Part shown: piece after piece, positions 40,289 through 49,819 of the stretch | Numbering within the stretch: the stretch's first letter is position 1 | Layout: each line of letters opens with the position of its first letter | Source: Candidatus Sericytochromatia bacterium | GTDB taxonomy: Bacteria; Cyanobacteriota; Sericytochromatia; S15B-MN24; UBA4093 | Length of the DNA stretch: 64,000 nt | Direction of reading: 5' to 3' | NCBI GenBank assembly: GCA_036676495.1 | Contig: JAKFCT010000080.1 | Span: 32,001-96,000 of the forward strand | Made by a program: the position numbers and the translations under genes | Notes under the pieces: generated by a model | What the model was told of the DNA's origin: nothing | Seen by the model: only the letters and a program-made list of their open reading frames with translations | The model's database searches: none

Positions 40289-41452
40289 ATGATCTACCTC
40301 GACCATCACGCCACCACTCCCGTGGACCCCCGGGTCCTCGAGGCGATGCTTCCCACCTTCACCACGCTGTACGGCAACGCCGCCAGCCGCAACCACGCCT
40401 TCGGCTGGGCTGCCGAGGAAGCCGTGGAGCAGGCCCGCAGCCAGGTGGCGCGGATCCTCGGGGCCACGGCCAAGGAAATCGTCTTCACGTCCGGGGCCAC
40501 GGAGTCCATCAACCTCGCCCTCAAGGGCGCCGCCGAGATCTACGCCCCCAAGGGCAAGCACCTGATCACCACCGCCGTCGAGCACAAGGCCACCCTGGAC
40601 ACCTGCGCCTACCTCGAGACCCAGGGCTTCCGCGTGACCGTCCTGGGCGTCGACCGCTACGGGCGCGTCCGCCCCGAGGAGCTCGAAGCGGCCCTGACCC
40701 CCGAGACCCTCCTCTTCTCCGTGATCCACGGCAACAACGAGGTCGGCACCCTTCACGACCTGGCCGAGCTCGGCGCGATCTGCCGCGCGCGGGGCGTGCT
40801 TTTCCATGTGGACGCCGCGCAGACCGTGGGCAAGGTGCCGATCGACGTCGACGCCATGCGTATCGACCTGCTCTCACTCTCCGGCCACAAGCTCTATGCC
40901 CCCAAGGGCGTCGGCGCCCTCTACGTCCGGCGCAAGAGCCCCCGCGTCCGCCTGGCCCCCCAGATGCACGGCGGCGGCCACGAGCGGGGCCTGCGCTCGG
41001 GAACCCTCAACGTGCCGGGTATCGTCGGCCTCGGGAAGGCCTGCGCGCTCGCCATGGCCGAGATGAGCGAGGAAGCCGCCCGCGTCGGAGCCCTGCGCGA
41101 TCGCCTCTACCAGGGCCTCCTGGCCGCCCTGCCGGGCGTCGCCCTTAACGGCCACCCGATCGACCGCCTGCCCGGAAACCTCAACGTCTCCTTCGAGGGA
41201 GTCGCCGGCGAGAACCTCATGAGCGGCCTCGCGGGGATCGCCGTCTCCTCGGGCTCGGCCTGCACCTCGGCCAGCCTCGAGCCCTCCCACGTGCTTTCGG
41301 CGATGGGAGTGCCCGATGCCTTGATCCATGGGTCGATTCGCTTCGGCCTCGGCCGCGGCACGACCGAAGCCGAGATCGACCGGACGCTGGAGATCGTCGT
41401 CGGCCAGGTTCGCAAGGTCCAAGAGGCGTCCCCTCTCAAGCTCGCGCCTTAG
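40289..41452 (+). CDS. iscS: Cysteine desulfurase (group I)
   Basis: [36 protein letters not shown]. Confidence 0.95.
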   Translation: MIYLDHHATTPVDPRVLEAMLPTFTTLYGNAASRNHAFGWAAEEAVEQARSQVARILGATAKEIVFTSGATESINLALKGAAEIYAPKGKHLITTAVEHKATLDTCAYLETQGFRVTVLGVDRYGRVRPEELEAALTPETLLFSVIHGNNEVGTLHDLAELGAICRARGVLFHVDAAQTVGKVPIDVDAMRIDLLSLSGHKLYAPKGVGALYVRRKSPRVRLAPQMHGGGHERGLRSGTLNVPGIVGLGKACALAMAEMSEEAARVGALRDRLYQGLLAALPGVALNGHPIDRLPGNLNVSFEGVAGENLMSGLAGIAVSSGSACTSASLEPSHVLSAMGVPDALIHGSIRFGLGRGTTEAEIDRTLEIVVGQVRKVQEASPLKLAP

Positions 41453-41464
41453 AAAGGATTCCCC

Positions 41465-42577
41465 ATGCCAAGCACCCCCTTCCACGATGCTGAAACGATC
41501 ATCGGGGCGACCTTCGGTGAGTTCTCGGGCTGGCAACTGCCCCGTCACTTCGCGTCCCTCGAGGACGAGGTGGCCCGGGCCCGCCGGGCCGGCGGGATCG
41601 TCGACCTCTCGAACTGGAGCAAGCTCAAGATCTCGGGAGCGGACGCCGCGACCTTCCTTCACAACTACACCTCCCAGAACATCAAGGCCCTCGCCGAGAA
41701 GGAGGGCCTCCAGACGGCCGTCACCACCTGGAAGGGCACGATGCTCGACCATGTCTTCGTCTACCGCCTCGAAGACGGCCTGCGCGTGATCGGACACCCC
41801 GAGACGGCCCCGCTGATCCGCAAGGCGCTGGAGAAGTACCTCTTCGGCGTGGACGTGGAGATCGAGGACGTCACCGAGGCGCGCGGCTTGCTCTACGTCT
41901 TCGGCCCCCATGCCGCCGCGATCCTGGACGCGGCCGGAGACGAGAAGGTCTCGGAGCTGCCCATGCACGCCTTCCACCTGGTGGACCTCGACGGCTCCGA
42001 CTCCCTGATTGCCCGCACCTGGCCCCTGGGCGGAGACGGCTTCCTCGTCCTGATCCCCGCAGAGCAGGCGGTCGAGGCCTTCGAGGCCATCCGCAAGGCC
42101 GCCGAACCCTTCGAGACCCCCTTCATCGGGATGGAAGCCTACGAGATCCTGCGCATCGAGGAAGGAATCCCCTCCTTCCCCCAGGAGATCAACGAGGATC
42201 GCAACCCCTGGGAGGTGCGGCTCGCCGACTCGGTCTCGATGAACAAGGGCTGCTACCTCGGCCAGGAAGTCATCGCGCGGCTGGCCAACTACCAGAAGGT
42301 CCAGCGCCACCTGGTCGGCCTGCGCCTGAGCCGGCCCGTGGAGGCGGGCCTCTCCCTCCTGGACGAGAACGGCAAGGCCGTCGGCCAACTCACCAGCGTG
42401 GCGTTCGCTCCGGATGCCGACCATCCCGTGGCCCTGGGCTTCGTCAAGACGACCTGGGCCGCGCCGGGCCAAACCCTGAAGGTCGCTTCCGGCGAGATCG
42501 CCGTGGAGGCCGAGGTGCGCGACTTGCCGTTCTGGCGCGACGCGGCGGGCGGAGGCGTCACGCCGCGCCACTCCTGA
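41465..42577 (+). CDS. ygfZ: YgfZ/GcvT-family folate-binding Fe-S maturation protein
   Basis: KGCYLGQE signature and GcvT-like fold. Confidence 0.9.
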   Translation: MPSTPFHDAETIIGATFGEFSGWQLPRHFASLEDEVARARRAGGIVDLSNWSKLKISGADAATFLHNYTSQNIKALAEKEGLQTAVTTWKGTMLDHVFVYRLEDGLRVIGHPETAPLIRKALEKYLFGVDVEIEDVTEARGLLYVFGPHAAAILDAAGDEKVSELPMHAFHLVDLDGSDSLIARTWPLGGDGFLVLIPAEQAVEAFEAIRKAAEPFETPFIGMEAYEILRIEEGIPSFPQEINEDRNPWEVRLADSVSMNKGCYLGQEVIARLANYQKVQRHLVGLRLSRPVEAGLSLLDENGKAVGQLTSVAFAPDADHPVALGFVKTTWAAPGQTLKVASGEIAVEAEVRDLPFWRDAAGGGVTPRHS

Positions 42578-42675
42578 CGCCAGGCCCCGGGCCCGCGCTA
42601 TTTGCCTTGCTCTCACCTTGATCCGGGCCCCGGCCGGGGCTAAGATCTTTTCAAAGTGTAGAGAGGGGGCTGCTC

Positions 42676-42870
42676 ATGGCGGATGTCTTCTGCGAAGTCT
42701 GTGAACAACGGCTGCCGATCGAGACGACGCACCGAGCGTCGGACTTCATGGGGCATACGTACTTCTTCTGTTCGCTCGAAGATCAGGAGAAGTTCCTGGC
42801 CAACCCGGATACGTACATCAAGCGGGACAAGGAAACGCAGCAGCAAGTCTCAGGCAATCTCGAACGTTAG
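42676..42870 (+). CDS. YHS-domain protein
   Basis: CEVC...GHTYFFCS...FLANPDTY. Confidence 0.8.
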   Translation: MADVFCEVCEQRLPIETTHRASDFMGHTYFFCSLEDQEKFLANPDTYIKRDKETQQQVSGNLER

Positions 42871-42881
42871 TCGCAAGCAAT

Positions 42882-42922
42882 CTCGGAGGCCCCCGCCGAG
42901 AGGCCGGGGCCTCCGAGTCTTT
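42882..42922 (+). terminator. Terminator after the YHS gene
   Basis: CTCGGAGGCCCC...GGGGCCTCCGAG-TCTTT. Confidence 0.6.
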
Positions 42923-42944
42923 CCGGAAGGATTCCAAGGATTCC

Positions 42945-43319
42945 ATGAAACACCGTATCATCTGGTTCACCGAGTTGATGGAAGGCGTTCCCGTCGTCAG
43001 GGGGCAGCGCGAGGAAGATACCCTCGCCGCCTGGGATCTCGCCGAGGCCTTCCGCCTCGAGTTCGGGATCAACCTCGAGGCCTTCGTGCCGGTCGTGGAC
43101 GCTCCCGACGAGATCGCGCCCGAGGACCTGCCCCAGCCCGAGCGCGCCCTGGAGGTCGTTTCCGCCGAGAGCCTGGAGGCGATGCGTCCGGAGACCTACA
43201 AGATCAAGGACCGCCACGGCATGCCGCGCGAGGTCAAGGGCGCCGATCTCGCGTCCTGGCTGGAGGGCTACCGGGAACTCTGGCAGCAGGGCTTCATGGT
43301 GGTGAGGACGGGCAGCTAG
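42945..43319 (+). CDS. Hypothetical protein
   Basis: AAGGA RBS and window-typical codon usage; no family recognised. Confidence 0.65.
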   Translation: MKHRIIWFTELMEGVPVVRGQREEDTLAAWDLAEAFRLEFGINLEAFVPVVDAPDEIAPEDLPQPERALEVVSAESLEAMRPETYKIKDRHGMPREVKGADLASWLEGYRELWQQGFMVVRTGS

Positions 43320-43320
43320 A

Positions 43321-44766
43321 TCAACCGTCCGTGCGGAGCGCGCCCAAGTGGCGCGCCAGCTCTCGCTTCGCCGTCGGGCTCAGGGGCAAGAACCGGACTC
43401 CGAGCCGCAGGTGATCCGGCGCGGCTTTCGCGCATGACGCCACGACTCCGGGAAGCCAGACCGGGCCGCTTTCCGCCGACTCGAGCGACAGCAGGATCGG
43501 CGTGCCGACGGCGAGAGCACGGCGGGTCGCCACGCTCGCGCCCCCGAGGCTCAGGTCGGCGATCTGTGCCGCCTGCGTCTCCTCGGTGCCGACCCGGGCA
43601 ATCTGGGCGGGGATCTGGACGGGCAGCCGCGGGTGCAGCCGGGGCATGAGCTGCTTGACGATCTCCGGGCTTCCCGGCTGGCCGAGGTCGAGGAAGCCCT
43701 CGCCGCTGCCGAGGTGGACGATCGGGTGCTCGGGATCGCTTCCTTGCCGGATGACATGCCCGATCTTTCCGGAGGCCAACAGCAGCAGGCTCTGGTTGGG
43801 GTAGGGGACGATCACGCGCCGGAACGCGTCGATCACCTGGGGATCGAAGGCCTCTCCCGAGAGGGAGAGGATTTCCCGGTACGCTTCTCCCGACAGGCGG
43901 CGGGCCCGATAGGGCCGGTCCGTCGTCATGGTCTCGTAGGCGTCCGCGACCGCCAGGATGCGCGCCGCCAGCGGGATCTTGTGCTTTTTCAGGCCACGGG
44001 GGTAGCCCGTGCCGTCCCAGCGCTCATGGTGACATTGAACGGCGGCGATCACCTCGCCTCCCAGCCCCAGCGCGCTGGCCCGATGCCCCAGCAGGGCGTC
44101 GACCCCGAACTCGACATGGCGTTCGAGGACGCGCCGCTCGGCGGACGTCAGCTGATCCGACTTGTTCACCAGCCGCGGATCCAGGCTGTGCTTGCCGATG
44201 TCGTGAAGCATGGCCGCTTGCCCCAGCCGCACCAGTTGCTCGTGGGAACGGTTCATGGCCATGCCGATCCGGATGGAGAACATGGCGACATTGAGGGGAT
44301 GGGCGGATTCCCCTCCGCCGTAGACCCGCAGTGCCTGGTAGGAGGGAAGATCCAGCTGCCGCAGGCGCTGGATGATCGTCTTGACGGCGGCCAGGACCAT
44401 GGCCAGCGACGGGGTGCCGCCTCCGTCCGAGGTCAGGAAGGTTTGGATACTCTTGTCGAACGTCGGCTCAAGGTCGCGCCGGGGGGTGGGGATGGCGTGC
44501 GGCAGCGCCGGGACGGGGGGCGGCGGCGCCGCGGCCGGACGGGGAGCCGCCTTCAGGCATTCGAGCGTCTCCGCTTCCAGACCGAGCTTCCGGATCCGGT
44601 TGACCAGCTGGTCGGTGAGGACGGCTCCGGCCGGCAGGAAGGTCTGGCCCGAGGTCGGGTGCAGGAGCGGGCGATTCAGGGTCTGTCCGCTTTCCAGGCT
44701 GAAGATGAGCGGAGTGCTCTCCTCGGTGTCGAAGGGAGCCTCGAGCGGGGATCCGGCGCGCGTCAT
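43321..44766 (-). CDS. HD-GYP phosphodiesterase with C-terminal PilZ domain
   Basis: LHDIGK, HHERWDGTGYP, DRPYR; PilZ motifs RLHPR and DLSLGG. Confidence 0.9.
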   Translation of the reverse strand: MTRAGSPLEAPFDTEESTPLIFSLESGQTLNRPLLHPTSGQTFLPAGAVLTDQLVNRIRKLGLEAETLECLKAAPRPAAAPPPPVPALPHAIPTPRRDLEPTFDKSIQTFLTSDGGGTPSLAMVLAAVKTIIQRLRQLDLPSYQALRVYGGGESAHPLNVAMFSIRIGMAMNRSHEQLVRLGQAAMLHDIGKHSLDPRLVNKSDQLTSAERRVLERHVEFGVDALLGHRASALGLGGEVIAAVQCHHERWDGTGYPRGLKKHKIPLAARILAVADAYETMTTDRPYRARRLSGEAYREILSLSGEAFDPQVIDAFRRVIVPYPNQSLLLLASGKIGHVIRQGSDPEHPIVHLGSGEGFLDLGQPGSPEIVKQLMPRLHPRLPVQIPAQIARVGTEETQAAQIADLSLGGASVATRRALAVGTPILLSLESAESGPVWLPGVVASCAKAAPDHLRLGVRFLPLSPTAKRELARHLGALRTDG

Positions 44767-45599
44767 CGGGAGGTCGGCCCCTGCGAGAGCCAGCGCTGGG
44801 TGAAAACGTCGGCCGGGACGGGATGACCGATCCAGTGGCCCTGGAGCGTGTCGAAGCCCGCTTCAACCAGCTTCTCGAGGGTCTCTGCACTCTCCACCCC
44901 GGTGGCGATCGCCTGGCAGCCCAGGGCATGGGCCATGGTGCGGAGGGCTTCCGCGATGGCGCGGTCGACCGGGTTCGTCACGAAGCCTCTCACGTAGGAA
45001 CCATCGATTTTCAGGCTGTCGATCGGAAGCGCCCTCAGTCGGCGCAGGGTGGAGTGGCCGTGCCCGAAGCTGTCGAGGCCGATGCGGATGCCCATGTCGC
45101 GCAAGGCCTGGAGCATCCGGGCGGCGTGATTGAGATCCTCGAGAATCTCGCTTTCGGTCAGCTCGAGTTCGAGGCACTCCGGGGGCATGGCCCATGCCTT
45201 GAGCAGGGCGGCGACGCGCTGGGGGAACTTGGGGTCCTGGAGGCAGACGGGTGAGAGGTTGACCGAGATCCGCAAGGGGCGGCTCGTTCGGTGCCATTGC
45301 TGGCCTTGCCGTAGCGCCTGGTTGAGGACCTCGAGGGTGAGCGCGTGAATCAAGCCGCTTTGTTCGGCCAGCGGGATCAGGGACGCCGGAGGAATCGGTC
45401 CGATTTCGGGGGCGTGCCAGCGCAGCAGGGCCTCGGTGCCGATCAGGCGCATGGTCGTGGCATCGACGAGGGGTTGAAAGTGAAGGGTGAGCTCCTCGCG
45501 GACGATGGCGCGGCGCAGACGCGCCGCGAGCGGGTCGTTGCGCAGCATGTCGAAGGAGCCTTCACTAGCGAGGAGGCGCTCCGAGAGAGGGGCGGCCAT
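44763..45599 (-). CDS. Stand-alone EAL-domain protein, degenerate
   Basis: FQP, EALLRW, SVNLS, ELTE, DSFGHG, LKID, ATGVE, LQG. Start uncertain (45599 or 45548). Confidence 0.87.
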   Translation of the reverse strand: MAAPLSERLLASEGSFDMLRNDPLAARLRRAIVREELTLHFQPLVDATTMRLIGTEALLRWHAPEIGPIPPASLIPLAEQSGLIHALTLEVLNQALRQGQQWHRTSRPLRISVNLSPVCLQDPKFPQRVAALLKAWAMPPECLELELTESEILEDLNHAARMLQALRDMGIRIGLDSFGHGHSTLRRLRALPIDSLKIDGSYVRGFVTNPVDRAIAEALRTMAHALGCQAIATGVESAETLEKLVEAGFDTLQGHWIGHPVPADVFTQRWLSQGPTSR

Positions 45600-45805
45600 C
45601 GGGCGCTGGGGGCGGTGCCGACGGCCATGCGTCCGACTGAACGGGCCGGGGCCTGCTACCACGCTGTCGATACGGGGCGGGGGATCCCCGGCAGAGCCTC
45701 GGTTTGACACGGGCGCACTCCTTGCGGGTGTGACGTTCGGGCGTTCCGCCCCCATGGTAGGCGCCAGGGCTTGCGGTTGAGGAGGGGGCTTTTCCCTGTT
45801 CGGGT

Positions 45806-45821
45806 TAGGGGGAATTACCTA
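45806..45821. promoter_or_regulatory. Candidate NarL/LuxR-type operator upstream of the EAL/HD-GYP operon
   Basis: TAGG-gggaatta-CCTA palindrome in an AT-richer intergenic region. Confidence 0.35.
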
Positions 45822-45915
45822 AACATGGGAATGAACGGGTGCTATTGGGTTGAAGATAGCGTGAGCATGCCCCACCCCCTCCGTGAGGAGGCGGGGCGTC
45901 CGCGGGATGCGCAGG

Positions 45916-46527
45916 CTAGAGCAGGCCGAGGGCTTGGCAGACGTTGACGGCCTGGATGCGGTTGTTGACCTTGAGCTTCTCGTAGATGCGCGTGAGGTGG
46001 TTCTGCACGGTCTTCTCGCTCAGGACGAGGCGGGAGGCGATTTCGCGGTTCTCGAGGCCCAGGGCCACCAGCCCCATGATTTCGGTTTCACGAGGGGAGA
46101 GGGCCTCGACACTCGGGGAGGCGGCGACTCTCGGCGCGTTCGTCGCGGCGCGGCGCGCCAGAGCCCGCTCGAGGACCTGGTTGAGATGCTCGAGGTCGTG
46201 AAGGGGCTTCTCGAGGAAGTCGAAGGCTCGGCCTTCGCGCAAGGTGGCGATCGCGTCCTGCATGGTGCCTTGACCGGTCAGGATGATGACCATGATCGTC
46301 GGATCCAGGGCCTTCAACATGGCGAGCAGCTGCAGGCCGGTGACTCCCGGCATGTGGAGGTCCGAGATCGCGAGGTCGAAGCGGTGCTCCTTCGCCAGGG
46401 CGATCGCCTCCATCCCGCTCGTGGCCGTCCGGACCTGGTAGCCGGAAAGGGTGAGCCACTCGCTCAAGACGTCGAGCACGTCCGTTTCATCATCTACGAG
46501 CAGGACCTTGGCGCTCGTGGGCTGCAA
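45916..46527 (-). CDS. Response regulator, REC + LuxR/NarL HTH
   Basis: LLVDDE, SDLHMP, EKP; LSPRE...GLENREIA..L.LSEKTV. Confidence 0.92.
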   Translation of the reverse strand: MQPTSAKVLLVDDETDVLDVLSEWLTLSGYQVRTATSGMEAIALAKEHRFDLAISDLHMPGVTGLQLLAMLKALDPTIMVIILTGQGTMQDAIATLREGRAFDFLEKPLHDLEHLNQVLERALARRAATNAPRVAASPSVEALSPRETEIMGLVALGLENREIASRLVLSEKTVQNHLTRIYEKLKVNNRIQAVNVCQALGLL

Positions 46528-46661
46528 TGGGGGCGTCTCCTGTGTGAAGGGCTCCCGGCCCCGTGCCGGGAATGGTTGTCGAAATCTAAAGAATTAGTGA
46601 ATTTCTGCTTGGGAGTCAAGTATAACTGATTCATGGTAAGAAAGAACCATGGGAGTGGCAG

Positions 46662-47039
46662 ATGACGCGCAAGCTGGTCTTGATAATCGATGACGATCCG
46701 GATATCCGCGACCTGGTGCGGATGAGCCTCGAGACCGTGACAGGCTGGACGGTCCTGGTGGCCGCATCGGGCGCGCAGGGAGTCCAGACGGCGCGGGAGC
46801 GGAGCCCCGATGCCATCCTGCTCGACGTGAGGATGCCGGGCCTGGATGGGCCTTCCACTTTCCAGGCGCTCCGAGAGCATGCCGTCACGCGGGACATCCC
46901 CGTGGTCCTGCTGACCGCCAATCCGCAGGCCGACGAGCGCTACCGGGCCTCGCTGAGGCTTTCGGGCATGATCGTGAAGCCGTTCGACCCCTTTGCGCTC
47001 CCCCACCGCATGGCCGACCTCTTGGACTGGACCATATGA
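46662..47039 (+). CDS. Single-domain response regulator
   Basis: IIDDD, LLDVRMP, LTA, KPF. Confidence 0.92.
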   Translation: MTRKLVLIIDDDPDIRDLVRMSLETVTGWTVLVAASGAQGVQTARERSPDAILLDVRMPGLDGPSTFQALREHAVTRDIPVVLLTANPQADERYRASLRLSGMIVKPFDPFALPHRMADLLDWTI

Positions 47040-49078
47040 TGCCCTGGGCGCTGGTCTCTGGGTTACTGGGAGTCACCGCCGCGGTGCCGCTCGTCATCTT
47101 GCTCAGCGAGCGCAAGCGGGTCCGGCGGGAGCTGGCCGAGAACCAGCAGATCATCGAGAGCGCCTTCGCCTCCTCGGCGAGCGGCATGGCCTTGCTGGAT
47201 CTCTCGGGCCGCTGGCATCGGGTCAACCGGGCGCTTTGCGAGATGACGGGGTATCCCGAGCAGGAGTTGCGAAAGCAGAGCTACCTGGACCTCACCTATC
47301 CGGACGACCTGAACGTCTCGCAGGCGCAGTTCCAGCGCCTGGTCGCCGGGGAGATCGACAGCTACCAGCTTCAGAAGCGCTACGTTCACCGCAGCGGCCA
47401 TTTGTTCTGGGCCTTGCTGACCAATTCGCTGGTCCGGGACGAGCGGGGAGTCCCGCGCTACTGCGTGGTGCATGTCCAGGAGATCACGGCCCTCAAGGAA
47501 GAGCACGACGCGCTCGCGCTGCGGGAGCGTCAGATGGCGAAGGCGCAGGAGCTGGCCCGCCTGGTGAGCTGGGACTGGGATCTGCGTTCGGGAGTGATCA
47601 CCTGGTCCGAGGCGCTCTTCCGGATCTTCGGCGTGGATCCCGCGGACTTCGTGCCGCGATTCGAGACGTACCTGGAGTTCGTGCATCCCGAGGACCGGGA
47701 GCTGATCCAGGGGGCGGTCGAGCGGGCCCAGCGCGATCACCGGTCGTTTTCCATCGAGCAGCGGATCCGGCGCCGGAACGGCGAGCAGCGGATCCTGCAC
47801 GTCCGCGGCGAGGCGGTGGTCGGGCCGCAGGGCCAGGCCGTGCGCTTGCGGGGCTCGGCGCAGGACGTCACCGAGAGCCGGCGGGAGATGGATGCGATCT
47901 TCCGGCAGGCCGAGGAGTTCCGCGAGGCCAGCGCGGTCCTGCAGCGGAGGATGGCGGAGCGCGACCGGGAGCTTGCGGCGCGCGACCAGATGTTCCAGCG
48001 GATCGTCCATCATGTGCCGGCGGCGATCGTCTACTTCGACCGGACGTTCTCCTGCCAGTGGATGAGTCCGGAGGCCCTGGCGCGCTTCGGGATCGCCCCC
48101 GAGGCCGTGAGCCGCCTGGAGGCCGAGGAGGTTCCGCTCTTCGGCCAGAGCGCCTCCCGCTTCGCGGCCGTGATGGCCGGAGCCGAGCCCTACCGCGAGA
48201 CGGGCGTCCCCCTGATGCTGGTGCAGGAGGGCCAAGAGCATCTCACGCACTGGGATATCACGCTGATTCCGTGCCGCGATCCCGAGGGAGAGCCCGAAGG
48301 CCTGCTGGCGTTCGCCCGCGACGTCACCGATCGCCTCGAGAGCCTGAAGTGGCAGGAGCAGCAGATCAAGACCCTCGAGCTCTCCGAGGCCTTCAAGGAC
48401 CACTTCCTCAACTCCCTCTCCCATGAGATCCGCTCTCCCTTGACGGTCATCCTGGGAGTCGCGCTCTTGTTCCAGGGAGAGTCGCTGGGCCCGCTCACCG
48501 ACAAGCAGCGCAGCTTCATCGGGAAGCTGCTCCGGAGCGGGCGGGAGCTGCTGAGGCTCGTCAACAACGTGCTCGAGACCAATCTCGTGCGGTCGGGCCG
48601 GCTCGAACTCCTGACGGAGCCTGTCGCCATGGAGGCGCTGATCCGCGAGGCGATCGCCGAGTTCGGGGAAGCCGTGAGCCAGAAGGGCCAGCAGGTCTCC
48701 GTCGAGGTGGAGGGCGATCTGCCGCGGGTGATGGCCGATCGGAGGCGCCTCGCGCAGGTCTGGCTCAACCTCGTCGCCAACGCCGTCCAGTATGCTCCCG
48801 AGGGGGCGCGCATCATCGTGCGGGCCTGGAGGGACGCGGATCGGCTCTGCTGCGAGGTTTTCAACACGGAGAGCGAGATCCCGCCGTCGAAGCTTCCGGA
48901 CTTGTTCTCGGCCCTCGACCATCCGGTGAGGGAGCTGCAGGGACTGGGCCTCGGTCTTGGGCTCAGCAAGGCGCTGGTCGAGGCGCACGGGGGCCGCATC
49001 GGGGCCGAGAGCGGGGCCGAGGGGGTCACGCTCAGGTTCTCCCTGCCGATGGACTCCGCGATCCCCGAAACCGTCTAG
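47036..49078 (+). CDS. Multi-PAS histidine kinase with a degenerate G1 box
   Basis: N-terminal TM, three PAS/PAC domains, SHEIRSPL, NAVQY, FNTESEI in place of DxGxG, GLGLGL. Confidence 0.9.
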   Translation: MMPWALVSGLLGVTAAVPLVILLSERKRVRRELAENQQIIESAFASSASGMALLDLSGRWHRVNRALCEMTGYPEQELRKQSYLDLTYPDDLNVSQAQFQRLVAGEIDSYQLQKRYVHRSGHLFWALLTNSLVRDERGVPRYCVVHVQEITALKEEHDALALRERQMAKAQELARLVSWDWDLRSGVITWSEALFRIFGVDPADFVPRFETYLEFVHPEDRELIQGAVERAQRDHRSFSIEQRIRRRNGEQRILHVRGEAVVGPQGQAVRLRGSAQDVTESRREMDAIFRQAEEFREASAVLQRRMAERDRELAARDQMFQRIVHHVPAAIVYFDRTFSCQWMSPEALARFGIAPEAVSRLEAEEVPLFGQSASRFAAVMAGAEPYRETGVPLMLVQEGQEHLTHWDITLIPCRDPEGEPEGLLAFARDVTDRLESLKWQEQQIKTLELSEAFKDHFLNSLSHEIRSPLTVILGVALLFQGESLGPLTDKQRSFIGKLLRSGRELLRLVNNVLETNLVRSGRLELLTEPVAMEALIREAIAEFGEAVSQKGQQVSVEVEGDLPRVMADRRRLAQVWLNLVANAVQYAPEGARIIVRAWRDADRLCCEVFNTESEIPPSKLPDLFSALDHPVRELQGLGLGLGLSKALVEAHGGRIGAESGAEGVTLRFSLPMDSAIPETV

Positions 49079-49425
49079 GTCGCTTCGAGGGCTTCGAGGG
49101 CCTCGGCCAGCCGTGCCTCGAGCTCGGCGAGGAGGAGGGCGATCGTTTCGCGCTCCCCATGCTGGGCGGCGGCTTCGAGGGAGCTTCCGATCCGGCTCAG
49201 CTCCGGAAAGCCGTAGGCGCCCCCGGATCCTGCCAGGCGATGCCCGAGATCCTGGATCGTTTCGAGCGCGTCGCGCCGGAGGGCGTCGCGCAGCGTCTCG
49301 AGGTCTTGCCGGCGCTTGAGAAGGTAGCCGGGGATCAGCTTCGTGACGGCCTCCTCGAAGGCCTGTTCAGCGTCGTCCTCGGGTCGCGGGAGCTGGCGGC
49401 GGGCGGGCGGGTGATGGGGGGTCAT
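49075..49425 (-). CDS. Stand-alone Hpt protein
   Basis: LGHRLAGSGGAYGF..L...G..LE. Confidence 0.88.
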   Translation of the reverse strand: MTPHHPPARRQLPRPEDDAEQAFEEAVTKLIPGYLLKRRQDLETLRDALRRDALETIQDLGHRLAGSGGAYGFPELSRIGSSLEAAAQHGERETIALLLAELEARLAEALEALEAT

Positions 49426-49819
49426 GGCGCCTCCTCGTCAGGATGGGCCGGAGGTTCTCCGGAGTCGCTGAGTCGATGCCCTGCTCGGCAGGCATATGCT
49501 TGTACCCGCCCCCGCGGCCGCGAAACGGCGGGCGGCGGCCGGGACCATGATCCCCCCTCACGAGGCGATCGAGTAATACGTTCTCCGCGTCCCGAGGTCA
49601 AACCTTGCTTGGCCCGATCGAGGCCGCGCGGGGCGCCGTTCTCGCTTGCCGTTCGAGCGTGCGTCAGGGCGTCCGAGCGAGGCTTGGAGCAATGAAGCGA
49701 CGATTGCAGCCCCCCGTTCGCATGACTAGACTCCTCTCAGCAGAGCAAGAGCGAGCCCTTGAAATGCTGGCCGAGCGCCCGCAATTGTCGCCGGGCTCCC
49801 CTGCTGAGGAGGAAAGAAC

